The notes beneath the pieces were generated by a model. That model did not search any database. It had not been told where the DNA came from and saw only the letters and a program-made list of their open reading frames with translations. Source: the human T2T-CHM13v2.0 reference genome, Homo sapiens. Taken from it: a stretch of DNA of 64,000 nucleotides. Made by a program: the position numbers and the translations under genes. Shown in pieces: positions 14,041 through 31,195 of this stretch; the first letter of the stretch is position 1; every line of letters begins with the position of its first letter. The DNA is taken from the NCBI RefSeq assembly GCF_009914755.1, contig NC_060932.1; one strand, given 5' to 3'.

Positions 14041-14074
<34 letters not shown>
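14041..14074. repeat. (GT)17 microsatellite
   Basis: Read directly. Confidence 0.98.
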
Positions 14075-14076
<2 letters not shown>

Positions 14077-17000
14077 CATAGAGGGTGAAGTTTATGTTTT
14101 TGCACTGATCTCAGATGTAACAATATATAAATGATAGTGAAATTACTGGAACACCTTAATCAGTCTGTGACCACCACCCCAACCGTGGGTTAATCAAGAT
14201 ATTCTTCATAGAAAATACAAATTTCGAAAAAGAGAACAAAGTATAACTGTTAGAATAAATCTTAGTTTCAGATAGTTTCTGTTTTTCCACACAGGACAAA
14301 TAATAATTTAGCTAATCTTTTTCTAAGGTATTTCTGGCTTATTTCTTAAACAGAAGGATTCCTGTTTCAAGAAAATCTGTAAATGTCCACTTTTTTTTTT
14401 CAAAAGCCTGAGTGACCTCTAATATGATTTCAATTTCATAGGGAGTGGAGGGAGGAGTGGGCGATGGGAATCACATAAAAGTTATTGGTTCACTGCCATC
14501 ATAATGAAAAACATGTGTATGGGGAAATTTACAGCCATAAATCTCTCAGTGGACATACCTTCTAATTAAAACCTCATAACAATCTTTTCCAAATAATGAA
14601 CATGATTTTGAGATGTAGTTTAATTTCATTATTTCAGAAGTGGCCATAAGGAATTTGTGTCTGGTAATGCATTGCTACAGTACTGTCACTGGATAGCAGA
14701 AGAGAATACCATAGCTACTATGACTCTCAAAAAATGCAGGGACAGGAGGTTGTTAACCTTAAAAAATAGTACTTACTGTACAGAATTAATATCCATAGGC
14801 CTCAGATATCCTATTTAGTTAGGAAGTTGCTCCAGGAAGTAAGCATGTATACCCTAGACAGAATCCATATCATGTTGAATTTAAAAATATCTGAGCTATA
14901 CCTAGGAAATAGCTCATAGTATATGCTGTTTTGTCAGTCCAGGGAATGGAATGTGTGTGTTTATGAAACCACGATCCCATTCTTTGGATCCTAAAGTCTT
15001 ACACAGCCCAGTTTGCCTCTTGGGCAACTCCTTTGGGCCAACCCAAATAGTGTTAACAAATTCCAGGAAGGAGGACAAGTGTTTTCCCAGATGAAGATAG
15101 ATTGCATAGAAGGGCAGACAAAAAAGGGTCAATGATTCCAGCTTAAGCCAAAAGTTTAAAAACATTCTATGAAAAATGAAGAAAACATTTCCTTTCGGTT
15201 AGAATCATACAGAGAGAACAATAATTTGGCTCTTAAAATAGTATGTTAACTGCCTTCTTTACTAAGAATTGTTTCTTCTCTCGGCTGGACAATGTTGATA
15301 ATGGTAATAAATATGTTTAATCTATTAGTTTAAATGAAGCACTTATTCTGCCCTAAGAAGCCCTCTTTGAACTCTTCTCCTTTCTTCTGAAACTTATGCC
15401 TAATCAAAAAGCACAAATCATTATTAAAATACAGTAAATTGAATGGGAGTATTACTTGCTTCTTAACAGAAAGTTAATTCACCAACTATGAATATACTCT
15501 AACGATAGTTGATAGAAATTACAAATGGTACTTTTATCGAAGCAAAATAACATTTAACCATAGGTAATACAAGCGATAAACTTCCAGCACCAGCTCAACT
15601 AGAAAACATACGCAACTGCCTCGGTGCCAACTCAAATAGAGTTTTATTGAATGCACCTGATTTTAAGCTCCTTTTTAGTGTTCCTTTTTAATAGTTTAAT
15701 AAAAAAGCAGTTATAGCCTAGCCAGCTTATGTGTATGTGTTTAAAAGTCAGAAAACTACATCAGACAAACTTATTAGTTTATAGAAACTCACCAGAAGCA
15801 GCAAAACATGAATTTAATGTGAAACAACAATAACAACAACAACAAAACTATTTTCAAATTAACCTGGCCCTTTGTTGTAAATTACTTTCACAATCTGCTT
15901 AGAACATCTGAGGCCGGGACTATCAAAGGTTTCTCAAGACCCCTTAATTCAGGCCTGGCCTTTATGTTCAAGAGCTCAAGCTGCTGGCTGCAACAAGGAC
16001 TCTGGGATTACGGCTGAAGGAGGGTACCTAGGAGGGATCATTCTTCGCAAACATCTGCAGCCATTGAGATGGCGACCTGCTTGGAGGGCCGGGAAGCTGG
16101 CCATTATGGCCTGGCCTCTGTGTCCTCTCTCAGCTGCAACTGCACTGAAGTGCCAGGTGCAGAAGCCTTGCTCAAGAGGAGGCTGGAGAGGAGGGTAATG
16201 GTCACGGCGATTACGAACTGATAATTATTCCCTCCCTGTTTCCTTCTTTCAACCAACTAGTTGCTCCACTGATTATTTTCCCTTTATTGCTGAAAATGGT
16301 ATCCTATGGCTCGAGGCTGATTATTATCTTTCTTTCTACCAAGAACTTTATTTCAAAATTATGTAACATATACAGTAGTTTATTAGCTTGTACCTATTCA
16401 CCACAAATCTGATGAAATCACCCTATTGAATATTTCACAGCAGAGTCAATGCAAAATACTATACTCTCAATACTCCTGTTTTCTTTTAACAATAATTCCA
16501 TATGTGGTCCACCTGGTTTTTTTTTTTTTTTTTTTAGTCTTTTTGTATTGGTTGAACAAGTTCTCAATTTATCTTTGTAGAGCTTTCCTTATGTTCACTG
16601 ACAGACTTAGGAAGTTATGTTTTATTTTCGTGCACCTACTAAAAGCTGGCCACTGTGCTTCCATTCACAAATGTGGCACAAATTTTATATGATACAATAA
16701 AATAAGTATTTTTATAGTAGTGCTCTATATGGCTAAATGCTAATTAAAAGCAGGATGGAGTTTTTATTTTCCCCGTCAGAGATACGAAGGCCAAAGTGTT
16801 TCAGTACAACAATGGTTTTCATTGCTCTGCAGCAGTTATTAAAGACTGAACACCAGAGTTTCAAATGAATATTATGCCAGTACCAGGGGCTTCTCAGAGA
16901 GGCTAGCCTAAGTAACAATTCACCAAAAATGAGTGACGTGGAAGAAATAAACTTGAAATTTGATGTTTTAAGAATTAAATAGTTAAAACAAGTATAAGAT

Positions 17001-19344
17001 AGGCACAACACTTTCCTACAAGTGAGTCCAAATCCTTTCACACAGAATCTCAAAACTTACCCATGTGCCAGGTTTTCCTTAGTATAGGAAAATTCCAGGT
17101 CTTATAGAAGATTGCAACCAATATCGGTAACATCTTAAAAAGAGATTTAATATTTCTGGAAATTTTAAAGCCATGGGGGAAAAAAGATGTTTTCCATCTT
17201 TTTGTTCTTTTCCTCAAAGGATTAAAAAAAGAGAAAGTAAGAAACCTAGTGGAAATAATAAAATCATGCACATAGTCAAGCATGTTTTCTGAATCTAAGA
17301 TAACTTCGCTACCTTTTGCATATTAACTATATTATGTAGAAATTGGTTTTCTCAAAAAATTATTATATTTACCTTAAATTTTAAAATAAACCTTATCAAG
17401 CTTGCAAAAGGTACCAGCTGAATTTTTTTGAATAAATAGAAATTCATGCTATTAAACGTTATGGAATCTAACCCCCTTTTTTTTTTCAACTTTTTCTAAA
17501 ATATGAGAAGCCAGTCAAGACAGCAAAGGAGAAGAATCAATATTTTAAGATGTATTTATGGTGTCACATGGATTCAGAAAGCACTTTTTTCTTTTTAGAA
17601 ATAGATTTGAGGGGAAAAATAAGGGAAAGACACAAAATTTATTGACTATTACTTTTGCTATATAAAATATTACCCTCCTTTGGAATTGTATATTCCATAT
17701 AACATTATTTTGAAATATCTTTCTTTCTCTCTTGCAATGTGGAAATATTTCCCTATGTTAGCAGTTAGTCTCACTGTTTCACTGAGGGAAATAAATCAAA
17801 GAAACAGAATTTTGTGGCCACCTTGAAATGAACACAAACACTAAGTAACAAATATCAGGTACAGACTGAGCACTGGTGGCTCCTCAGAGTTAACTGCCCC
17901 CAGCTCTCCAATTCCTAGTCTGTCTCTCAGCTAAGACTGCTTTTGTGAATTTTCTGTATAACAGCAGATTGTTAGGGATTCTGCTAGGATTTATAGGTAA
18001 GTTGTAAAAAATCTATTATTGAATCAAATGCCTATATTGTGAGTATCTAATTCATATATTATATCAACTATGATTCAGACATTTAGGTGTTTTCACATAC
18101 CTATAAATCTATGGTTGAGAGTGATTTTAAAATTTGCTGAAGGCACTTTTTTCCTTTTTCAAATTAAAAACATGGTAAGCTTGGCAAATACCACGTAAGT
18201 CACCAGGACAAAAAAGTAGCAAGTTTCCATTTCTTTTAATATTTGTTCTTCTTCTTCTGTCCTGGTCATTTTCAGCAAACAAGGCAATATGTTTTTTAAA
18301 TTCTAATTTCTACAAAAATATATGCTTATCATATTTCTGGCTCTAGATGGAAGATCAACTGTTCTATAAGTACACCAACTTCTTGCAGCTTCCTTTTACA
18401 GCGCAATATGAGGGTCACCTGTAGACAGAAATGCATAGGCTCTGCTCACCTAAACCTCTGCTCAGTTGCTGGCATTCATTGCATATACTAGTTAATGATC
18501 TAAAATTATAGATTATTTCATGAAAGGGGCTTCCTAATGCATGCCTTTTAGACATCTTTCTTCTTTTTCTCTCTTTACTCCCTTATTCTCTCATTGTGAA
18601 CCAAATTGGAGATAATAGCATTGAATCTATTAACTTTGTCAAGAATCACTTAAAACAGCACATTCACCTAAGTACACCCAAGTTCCTGCCATGCAATTCT
18701 GTAACTGGACAGCCTGCAATACAACATGCCAACTCAATCTTACACTCTTAACATCCTCTACTTAAACTGAACAAATTTGGCTTGCTTTGCTACCCACAAC
18801 TCCACTTCTTCATAATTGGACAATCACCCTTAATATTTTTTTGAAAGTAGTATATGCCATCCATAACACTGTGAGGCATGCTTTTTTGCTTGTTGCTATC
18901 ATCTGGGGAATGAGGGAGGTGGGGGAATGCTAAACTCTTTAAAGTATGAAAAAACTTCAGAGGGGAAATCTATTTTCACTTTGTTATGGATGTGTTCACT
19001 GGTTAAGAATGCTTATAATATGGAAAGAATTCAATTTTTGATAAAATTCCAGACATATAGTAGTTAAAGGTATTCAGTTGTAGGAGTCATGCACAGTTCA
19101 AAAACAAATACCATGTGGTTAAGTTAGATGGTCTTTAAAGATACAATGTTAAGTGGTAACTCCTCTGTGTAACCTCTCTTTACTTCTTCACTATATATGA
19201 CTTGCAATTTTCTTAGTCATAATGATGTTACAATATATTTTCTCTCTAAATTTTTAAACCCAAATGTATAATTAAACTGTACTACCTTTTCTCTCCACCC
19301 TAGAAGCATTCATACAATATCTCACTTATAAAAAACTGATTATT

Positions 19345-19649
<305 letters not shown>

Positions 19650-19859
19650 TTATTTTGCTTAGTTTTTATGGTAACTTGATGACTTTAGCTTTTACATTTT
19701 CTCTGGAAATTCAATTAGTTCTTCAGGTTCCTAAGATTTTAATTTTCCTCAAAGACATGCATTAATAATGCACTTGTTTTGTAAAATATTGAATTTTAAT
19801 CTGTATTTTTTGGTGATCAAAATTAGAAACAACTTAAAACTTGTGACTCTGATATTGCC

Positions 19860-20395
19860 AACACTTGCCCCACTTCCTGGCCAGCACTTCACTTCAGGAG
19901 CCCTCCTTCTCCAACTCCAACTGGTGGGCCCAAGAGAGTGGCCATGATCGTATACATCTACCCAGACCCCTCAAAGACAAGATTACAGTTGATTGGTCCA
20001 GAAGTAGGTACCTGACCCAAAAAATGGCCAATCAGATTCCTTCCAAGATCTTTTGACCTGAATCCAAAGTAGAAAATTGGTCTGTCTCTAGTGGTAGAAG
20101 ATACACAATAAGAAACTCCCTGATTTTTAAAGAGCACGTTCCCTGCCCAAAAAGGAACCTCATCAGTCGTTAGAGAGTATAAAATGACTACAAACCTAAC
20201 ATGGTGAGAAATAGAATGAAAGACACCCTCAGCATCCATGTCCCTAGTTCCAGTTGCTCTGAAGATGCAGTCAATATCTTTACCCTTCCTGTGGCTTAGC
20301 TCTTCAACCCTTCCTTCCAATACATTCTCCTTCTTCTCTAAGCTACTTCAAGATGGCTTTCTGTCACTTTCAACTAAAAGAAACATAATTAATGC
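19860..20395 (+). mobile_element. Old ERVL/MaLR LTR (LTR33/LTR16/MLT1J-K-like)
   Basis: 'gattggtcca...gtacctgaccca...ggccaatcagattcc' and the 3' end 'ctaagcta...ttctgtcactttcaactaaaaga'. Confidence 0.6.
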
Positions 20396-20869
20396 TAATT
20401 CCTAAATAATATAGATTTTGAAAAACCTGAAAACTGCAATTAAAATGGAAACTGAAACTCCTTGACATTATGGTTCATTTTCATTTACTCTTCATCACAA
20501 TAATATAGAAAAAAGCTCTGAGCAAATTCCAGAATTCCCAAGAATTTTAGCCCATTTTACCCTCGCCTACAAATTCCTGTATTACATGTAGTGAGGATCA
20601 ATAAATCAGCAATTATGTAGTATTTTCTATTTTCCCAGCAATAGGAAGAATAAAAGGAGAATAAAATATATCGCATTTAATCATATGTTTACCTTGTATG
20701 ACTTACTTAGTGAGGCGATACCACTTTAGTAATTTGGGTAAGGTTGCTTGAGTGGTAAAATTAAATTTAAATCAATATTTAAATATAGGATTTATTTCAA
20801 AGTCTAGTGTTATACCACCAACCATGCATTATCCCTTTCTATCAAGAATACTTTTATCTCATTCCCCTC

Positions 20870-22600
20870 TATCCAAATATTTAATTTTGACAAATTTCCA
20901 ACCTAAAGAAAGTTAAACAAATAGGACAATAAAAATTCCAGATACCCTCCATCTAGATTTATAGATTTACCAATTGTTACCACTATCGTACATTTGTCCT
21001 CTCTCATGTTCAATAGATAGTAAAAGAAAGATGCTAAGCCATTTGAAAGTAAGTTTCAGATATCTTGTCACTTTACCTCTAAAAACTGAAGAATCTCTGA
21101 ATCTGCCTCTGTTTTGCAATTCTTAGCAGTAACAATTTTAAAGTGTCCAGGAGAGTTGTCTTGTAAAATGTTCTATAGTCTAGATTTGTCTGGTCATTCC
21201 TTAGAATCAGATTAAGCATTTTGGGCAAGAATACAAGATTGGTGATACTGTGTGTATCTCTCTACATCACAGCAGGAGGCATATAAATCAACTTATCCCA
21301 TAGTGGTGCTACTAAATTTGATCAATTGGTTAATGTCGTTTCTGTCAGCTCTATCCTTTAAAGGTATATTTATTTCTCTATAATTAATAAATGACTTCAG
21401 CATCAATATTGCTAGTACTTACTTCAATCAATTAATACATTGGTGGTTGCAAAACAGTAATTTTCTAATTCTAGTTCACATTTTGCCAGTTAGAATTTTT
21501 CTGAAGAGGTTTTTGTCCCTGACACCCTCATCTTTTAAATTTAAGTATCATAATAGATTCATGGATTAATTTTAATGGAATCTTATGATCCCTTACCACT
21601 ATTATTCATTTTGATGCTTGAATTGTTCCATATTTGGTCAATGCAAGCACTCATTAAGCCAGTTCCTTTTTGGCACATTCCCATTAGTCTTTGAGCACTT
21701 TGTTTTTAGCACAAAATGTTCTAGGCTCACCTTACACTTTCCTATCCCAGACCTGAAATTAGCCATTTTTCCTTGGAGCCCTGGTTTCTTTTAATGGAGA
21801 ATGGTATTAGAGACCAAGATAAAAGTGCTAGGTGTGTTCATTGCTTCTGGGGTGTCATTGCTTTAGGCTCACTCAATGAACCAAGCTGTGAAATGAATTT
21901 TTAAAAGTGAATTGGTACTTAAACCTCCTACAAGTCCTACACCACAGGATTTTTCTTCTTTCCATTGCACACTTATATAGCCTCCAGGAACCCTGGTTTC
22001 CAATTATTTCAATGCTATTTATTCATTTGCCCTATTCTAAATATGAAATCAGTTAATTTCAATGCCAACAACAAGCCTGCTAAGTAAAGTGCAAGATTCC
22101 TTTGCACTTCTTATTCTCTTAGAATATGTACCACTAATAGTAGTATGTCAGGGTACAGTGTATCCTGGGTGGTCATGTTATCATTTTGAGATACAGTTGA
22201 GTCCATGTGTTTATCACAGTCCCTTCACAACATGACTTCCTCCTTCTTGAATTCTGAGTTTTTGTCTATCTTTATTTTGGCCAAATTATGTTTCTAAGTA
22301 ACTTTTTCAGGCTGATAGACATTTTTTTGAGACCTTGCCATATCTCTGAATTGTTTCTGCTGTCTTATACATGAATGAAAATTTGAATCTCTTGTTTATT
22401 TACTGTTTATTCCAAATATTTTCTAAATTTGATGCTATTGCTAAATGAAATGAAATTTCATTTTCTGCTTATATTAGATGTCAGTGTATTTATTCTGAAA
22501 AGGCACATTATTAAATCAATTTATGATTTAGTTTTTTAATTGACTTTTTAACTTTCCTGAAAGATAATTCTATCATCTGAAAATACAGAAGCTCCCCTTT
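20870..22600 (-). mobile_element. L1MC4/5- or L1ME-like 3' fragments
   Basis: 'aggctcaccttacactttcctatcccagacctgaaattagccattttt...ggagccctggtttcttttaatggagaatggtattagagaccaagat'. Confidence 0.7.
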
Positions 22601-23699
22601 AAGAATAATTCACTTTCAAAAAGTTGTTCACTATCTCAAATATTATTAGTCCAAACTGACAACACATAAGTAATTGCTCTCAGCATCCAATGGTAGTGAG
22701 AAGAGAGGATGTCCTTTTGCTCAGGTAATTAAAATAAGTTAACATTTATAATATTAGGTTTAAATGTGTGTCATGCCTGCAGAAACAAAGTCAAATGCAA
22801 ATGCTAGCAATAAATCTTGAAAGGAATACAAGATATAATTAGATTAAGTTAATTATTTAGGAGCAAATGCCATTGTCTTAATAAATTAAACACATATTAT
22901 TTTTAGTAAATTAAACACTGATAAACTACTAAGTTCAGGAAGAAGGATAAAAAAGTAACAGTAAGCTAAGTAACTTTCCAAAAATTTGGGTACATTCTTA
23001 ACTTGGGTTATTAAAGAAATATAATTTTAAGATTCTTTATCTTCCATATCATTGCCAAATGCCAATGTAATGTATGTTTCCCATATTGTTTGGGAATGTT
23101 CAGCTCTGGTTTAGAAAGCTAGCAAAACAAATGGGAAAATAAATGTGTTAAGAATAGACAGTTATTGAGCAAACAGCTTATGAGACATGAGAGAAACTCA
23201 TAAGATGTATTAATTGTAGATAATAAGTAAGCAAGCAGCTTGAGAGACAAAGACAGAATACCCAAGATTTACTAAATATATAGTAAGTTAGTAGCCACTA
23301 ACACATGTTAAAGATAGATAAAATAAGTGGACTATATGATGGAGCAAACAAAAATGATACTTACAGAAAGAGATGGAAAGACCAAGTAATAAATTATAGA
23401 TCATGTTGCCTGTAGCCTGATGGCTATGTCATCTCCAAACTGGCCACCCACTGGTAACACCTATCATGGTCTCATTCTGTCCCTACTTGTGCTTTGCTCA
23501 AGAAATTAAAAAACAAACAAACAAAAGCCAGGACTGATCAGCAGGCCAATTGGCAAGTCACCACAGGGGCTAGGCATATTTATCTGTGTCTCTTGAATAC
23601 AGCAAGTCAGTGTGTTGACACCAGATAACTTCCACCTGTTGGACCTCTTCATAATCACACCATCAGCTGGGAGGACACGTGAGTCAAAAACAAAGGATC

Positions 23700-23998
<299 letters not shown>

Positions 23999-24472
23999 TC
24001 AGAAGTCAGGCAGTGTTGTCCTTTCACTCTGCCTACATCCTATCCTAAGTGAATTTACCTCTCTCATCTCTTCCCCTAGCCTCTCACTACGTATTTTCAA
24101 GTGATTTAATAAAACCATGTGATTTGAACATTTTAATTTGGTCTGTGAGTGATTCTGTTCCATGACTGCTGGGAGAGTTTGCATGGTTAATATATTTGGG
24201 AGTAGTGTTGCACAAAGGTAATTTCCCATGTGACAGTAAAATTAAGAAAAAATATATTAATCACTATATAAAAAGGCAAAGTCTCAATTATGTTCCATAA
24301 AAAATCTAATCATTCAATTTACAAGTTAAACAAATTACCATAGAAAATTAATAGTAAATGCTTGAGCAAAAATAAATCAAGCAAACATCAATCAAAGAAA
24401 GCATGTTTGTAATGTGGATTGATAAACTTAAGTACTAGCAAATTAACTTTAAGAGTTCAGCAATTCTTAAAT

Positions 24473-26315
<1,843 letters not shown>

Positions 26316-27709
26316 TTTAAGAGTTCAGCAGTTCTTAAATCCACCATCATGTGTTCCAAATCTGTGAGCAAGAAAGGAATGGATTTGCATTGAATGTGTC
26401 AGGAATCACACACAATCTGCTATCCATCTTACTGACACAGTGGCCTGTGGTAAGCAACTCTTCCCAGTGAAAGTTATGCCTGCCTTCAAAATACCATGTC
26501 TGTCATGCTGGAAAAATACAAAAGTCAGATGCAACTGAATGTTGAGTCAGAGAAAGATAAGAAAGGATCACTGTCAGGAAACTTAACACTATAAATCATC
26601 TGGAAAAATAAATAGATAAATAAATCCATGTGAAAATTTTTACAGACAACAAAAAAAAAGAAAAAAATTTTAGAAACAACAAAAAAAGGTATCTTTTAAG
26701 CAACTAAACAACTAAAGTAACTAAACTAAAAAATAACAACTGAAATGAAAAGCTAGCATTAAAACTTCTGCAAAGTATGTTGAGTAGAACTTTTCTTTGT
26801 GCATCAGAATTGGTGGTGATCACAGTCTCAGTTGAAAATAAATGATATGAAGTACTCAAATTTTTATGATCTACCACAGTTGGATCCAGACAAGCTCACA
26901 ACCATTCCCACCACCTGTATTAAGAAGTGGCAGACTCTATCCTACCTCTGTCAAATCTCACCACTCCTTCTTACCCTGCTCCCACCAGTCAGTCTAAGGA
27001 AAGAACTAGCAGAAAGAGAAGGGTCATTTAGGTGATCAGTCTCATGGAGTTACAGAATTTATGAAATGAGATCTTCCTTCCCAAGAGAGGTGGGGCACTG
27101 AGGGCAATCACTGGAACAGACTGAAGAACCTATGAGTTGGGAGACTGGCTTCTGTTCCCATCAGGAGGCTCACTAAGCCATAGAACATGATCTTTAGTCT
27201 GTTTCTCACCTGGACATTTCTAGAGACAAGAGGCTTGCTGGACAACTCACCAAAGAAGATAGTGCTGACTACTTGCTCTCTTGGCTCTCTGTGCCTCAGA
27301 AGATGGCTTCTGTGGCTCCATAGAGGTACAGATGATGAAGATGGAGCACATCAGCAGAAACCTGTAGCAGCAGATAGACCCTGACCAAGCTATAGTGAGG
27401 CCCGGGAGTCACTAGCTTGCCCACAGTGGATGCCCTATATTTCTTAAATAATAAGTGAATGACCAAACCATCAAATAATTTTTAAAATTTTCTGAATACA
27501 GCTTATAAATCTATCCATTTCTTATTTTTATTATACTAAGAACACTTAACATGAGATCTACCCTTTTAAAGTGTCCAGTACATTATTGTGGACTATAGGT
27601 TTAAGTGACTTTTTGATACACCTCCAATGAGTCTTATATTTCAAGATGCATTTCAATTTTGTATATATTTCATGTCTCCCTTCATATTTTATAATTTCCT
27701 TGAGAGTAA

Positions 27710-28035
<326 letters not shown>

Positions 28036-28416
28036 TTAACCTATTACTATATCCTGGATACCATCTCAAGCTAGCGTTTTGAGCAGAGATACTGAAGAAT
28101 GTTCCTAAATGAGTAAATAGATGAATAAATACCTAGTGTATCAAATGACCAATACACTTGCCTGAATCAACTTCTGCTACACACTGGTCACACATTCCAA
28201 GATTAATACAATTACTACTTTTGATCTTATCTGTAATTTTAGTAGAAAAGTTTAGGAAGAAAGGCCACTATTTCCTAGCAGCAATAATGCCCCTCTAAAA
28301 CCACCCTTGGTCCCATATCTCCATTAAGAACCTGTCCCCTCTCCCACTACCCTTGTACTGGCAATTCTCCAAAGGGTTGTCTACACTTGGATAAGGTAGT
28401 TACATTTACTGTGATT

Positions 28417-28460
<44 letters not shown>

Positions 28461-28512
28461 AAGAGGAAGGAAGGAAGGAAGGAAGGAAGGAAGGAAGGAA
28501 GGAAGGAAGGAA
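28417..28512. repeat. Compound (GT)n(GA)n(GGAA)12 microsatellite
   Basis: Read directly. The GGAA run spans 28465-28512. Confidence 0.97.
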
Positions 28513-28864
28513 AAACAGTTGAGGAGGAATTCGGGGAAGAGACCAGGTCATGCATTCATTGGGATATGTTGAATTTAAGATGCCTCTGAGACATCCAGGT
28601 GAAATTGCTGAGTGAGCAGGTATGTGGTCATGGGGTTGGCTTATTCTAGGATGTCCTAGAATCCTGCATCCACAAATGTGGGCCTATCACTGCTTCCACC
28701 CCAATTTCCACATAATACACATCAAATAAATGTTTGCTGAGTCAGATAAATTTAACATTTGTCATATTATCTTCATTTCTTATATCACAACGTTTTCTTC
28801 CTTTTATTTTTTACTTTCTCCTTGTTTCTTTCCTTCCTTCTTTTCTCTTGTTCTTTTCTTCCTT

Positions 28865-30440
28865 CTCCAACATATATTTATTTGAGTGCCTATTATCTGC
28901 CAGAGATCATACTGAACCTCAAGAATATAATGTTTAGCAATCTAGGCAATACAATGCAGGACATAGGCATGGACAAAAATTTCATGACAGAGATGCCAAA
29001 AGCAATTGCAATGAAATCAAAAATTGACAAATCAGATCTAATTAAACTAAAGAGCTTCTGTACTGCAAAAGAAACTATCAACAGAGCAAACAGCCTACAG
29101 AACAGGAGAAAAACGTTGCAAACTATGCATCTGACAAAGGTCTAGTATCCAAAATCTATAAGGAACTTAAACAAATATACAAGAAAAAAACAACTCTATT
29201 AAAAACTGGGCAAAGGATATAAACAGACACTTTTCAAAAAAAGACATGCATGCAGACAACAATTATATGAAAAAAATAGCTCAACATCACTGATCATTAG
29301 AGAAATGCAAATCAAAACCACAATGAGATTCCATCTCATGCCAGTCAGAATGGTGATTATTAAAAAGTCAAAAAATAACAGATGCTGGTGAGGTTGTGGA
29401 GAAAAAGAAACATTTATGCACTGTTGGTGGAAGTGTAAATTAGTTCAACCATTGTGGAAGACAATGTGGTGATTCCTTAAAGACCTAAAGACAAAAATGC
29501 CATTTGTCCCAGCAATCCCATTACTGGGTATATACCCAAAAGAATACAACTTATTCTATTATAACGACACATACAGGGTTATGTTCATTGCAGCATTATT
29601 CACAAGAGCTAAGAAATGGAATCAACCTAAATGCCCATCAATGATAGACTGGATAAAGAAAATGTGGTACATATACATTATGAAATACTATGCAGCCATA
29701 AAAAGAATGAGATCGTGTCCTTTTCAGGGACGTGGATGGAGCTGGAGGCCATTATCCTTAGCAAACAAACACAGGAACAGAAAACCAAATACCACCTGTT
29801 CTCACTTTTAAGTGGGAGCTAAATTATGAGAACACATGGACACATAGAGGAGAACAACTGACAAAGCAGCCTACTAGAGGATGGAGGGTAGGAGGAGGGA
29901 GAAGATCAGGAAAAATAACATATGGGTACAAGGCTTAATACCTGGGTCATAAAATAATCTGCACAACAAACCCCCATGATACAAGTTTACCTAAGTAACA
30001 AACCCACACAGGTACCCATGAACTTAAAAATGTTTTTAAAAAAAGAAAATAATGCTTAGCACAAACGAGTCATTTCCCTCTCCTCTGCAAACTTACAATA
30101 CAGGGTAGAGAGTGATGTTATTTAAATAAATAAATAAATGAATAAAATTAATAAGAAACAATGCTGTTAAGTGCTGTGAAGCAAAAGCACATGATATGTT
30201 ACATGGGAGTGGCTGATGTAGCCTCACCTGGGTAACGGATAAAGGGAAGCTTCTCTAATGAGGTGGGCTGAGAGCTGAAGGATGCATCAGTGTGAACTTG
30301 GAGTCAAGGTCAAGAGCAAGAATAAGGAGGGATCTGTGCAGAGGACCCGTGGTGGAAGGAGGACCACATGGCATTCAAGGCTCTGCAAGGTTCCTGTGGA
30401 TGGTGATTAGAGGATCGTGGAGAAAGTACTATAAAATGAG
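28865..30440 (-). mobile_element. L2 fragment split by an L1PA insertion
   Basis: 'caacatatatttatttgagtgcctattatctgccag' before the L1 and 'ccctctcctctgcaaacttacaat...agggaagcttctct' after it. Confidence 0.6.
28940..30045 (+). mobile_element. 5'-truncated L1PA14-16-like element
   Basis: ORF2 C-terminal peptides ([32 protein letters not shown]) and 3' UTR 'gatcaggaaaaataac...ataatctgcacaacaaacccccatga'. TSD ataatg(t/c)ttagca. Confidence 0.9.
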
Positions 30441-31195
30441 GTTTGCTTGCCATCCATTTTTACTTAATTTTTTAGCTTTCTCTTTTCCTGTTCTTGTGTA
30501 TCCTTTTGTCTTCATCATTATATTTTATCTTTATTTTTCAATAGCTTAAATATTGAATAACTAAAGTAACATCAGCACATTTCATCATCCTCCCAAGTCT
30601 TGGATGTAAACTCTGAATCATAATTTGGGAAACATGGAAAGTTGGAAAAGAGTTCAAGGAGATTCATATTCTTAAAGAGCGTGAAAATGACATTTTAAAA
30701 ATTTAAATAATTCATACTTTGAGGAGGAACAACTTAAAAGTGTCCAGTACCTATTGAGTGGGAATACAGAGTGAATTATTAAAGGAGAATTAAAATACCT
30801 GTTCATACTTGTCTCTTGATTTGCCACCCGCTTGTACGCCATTAGCTACAGTCGTTTTTTATCATTCTGCAGATTTTAATTGTTTTGATTAACGGCACAT
30901 ATTCTTCAAATGCAGCACATTAAAAAAACTATAAAATGATGAAAAAAGAATTCTGCACAATCACCTCAATATATTATTTATCAGACCTGTAAATCAAATA
31001 TTTTACACCAAGTTGTCTCCAGGTCATTCAGAGCTGGAATTTAAAAAAGCAAAGGTAGTGATAAATATATCTAAATTGACTTTACATTTATCATATATAA
31101 ACATGATATATATGGACAATATAGAACTGGGCCATAATCCCAAAAGGCACAATCCCAAACATTGAAATCTCAAAAGATCAAAATCCTGAAAATAC

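Noticed and set aside
26630-26690. Short A-rich tandem duplication
   Set aside because: Low-complexity slippage with no further structure.
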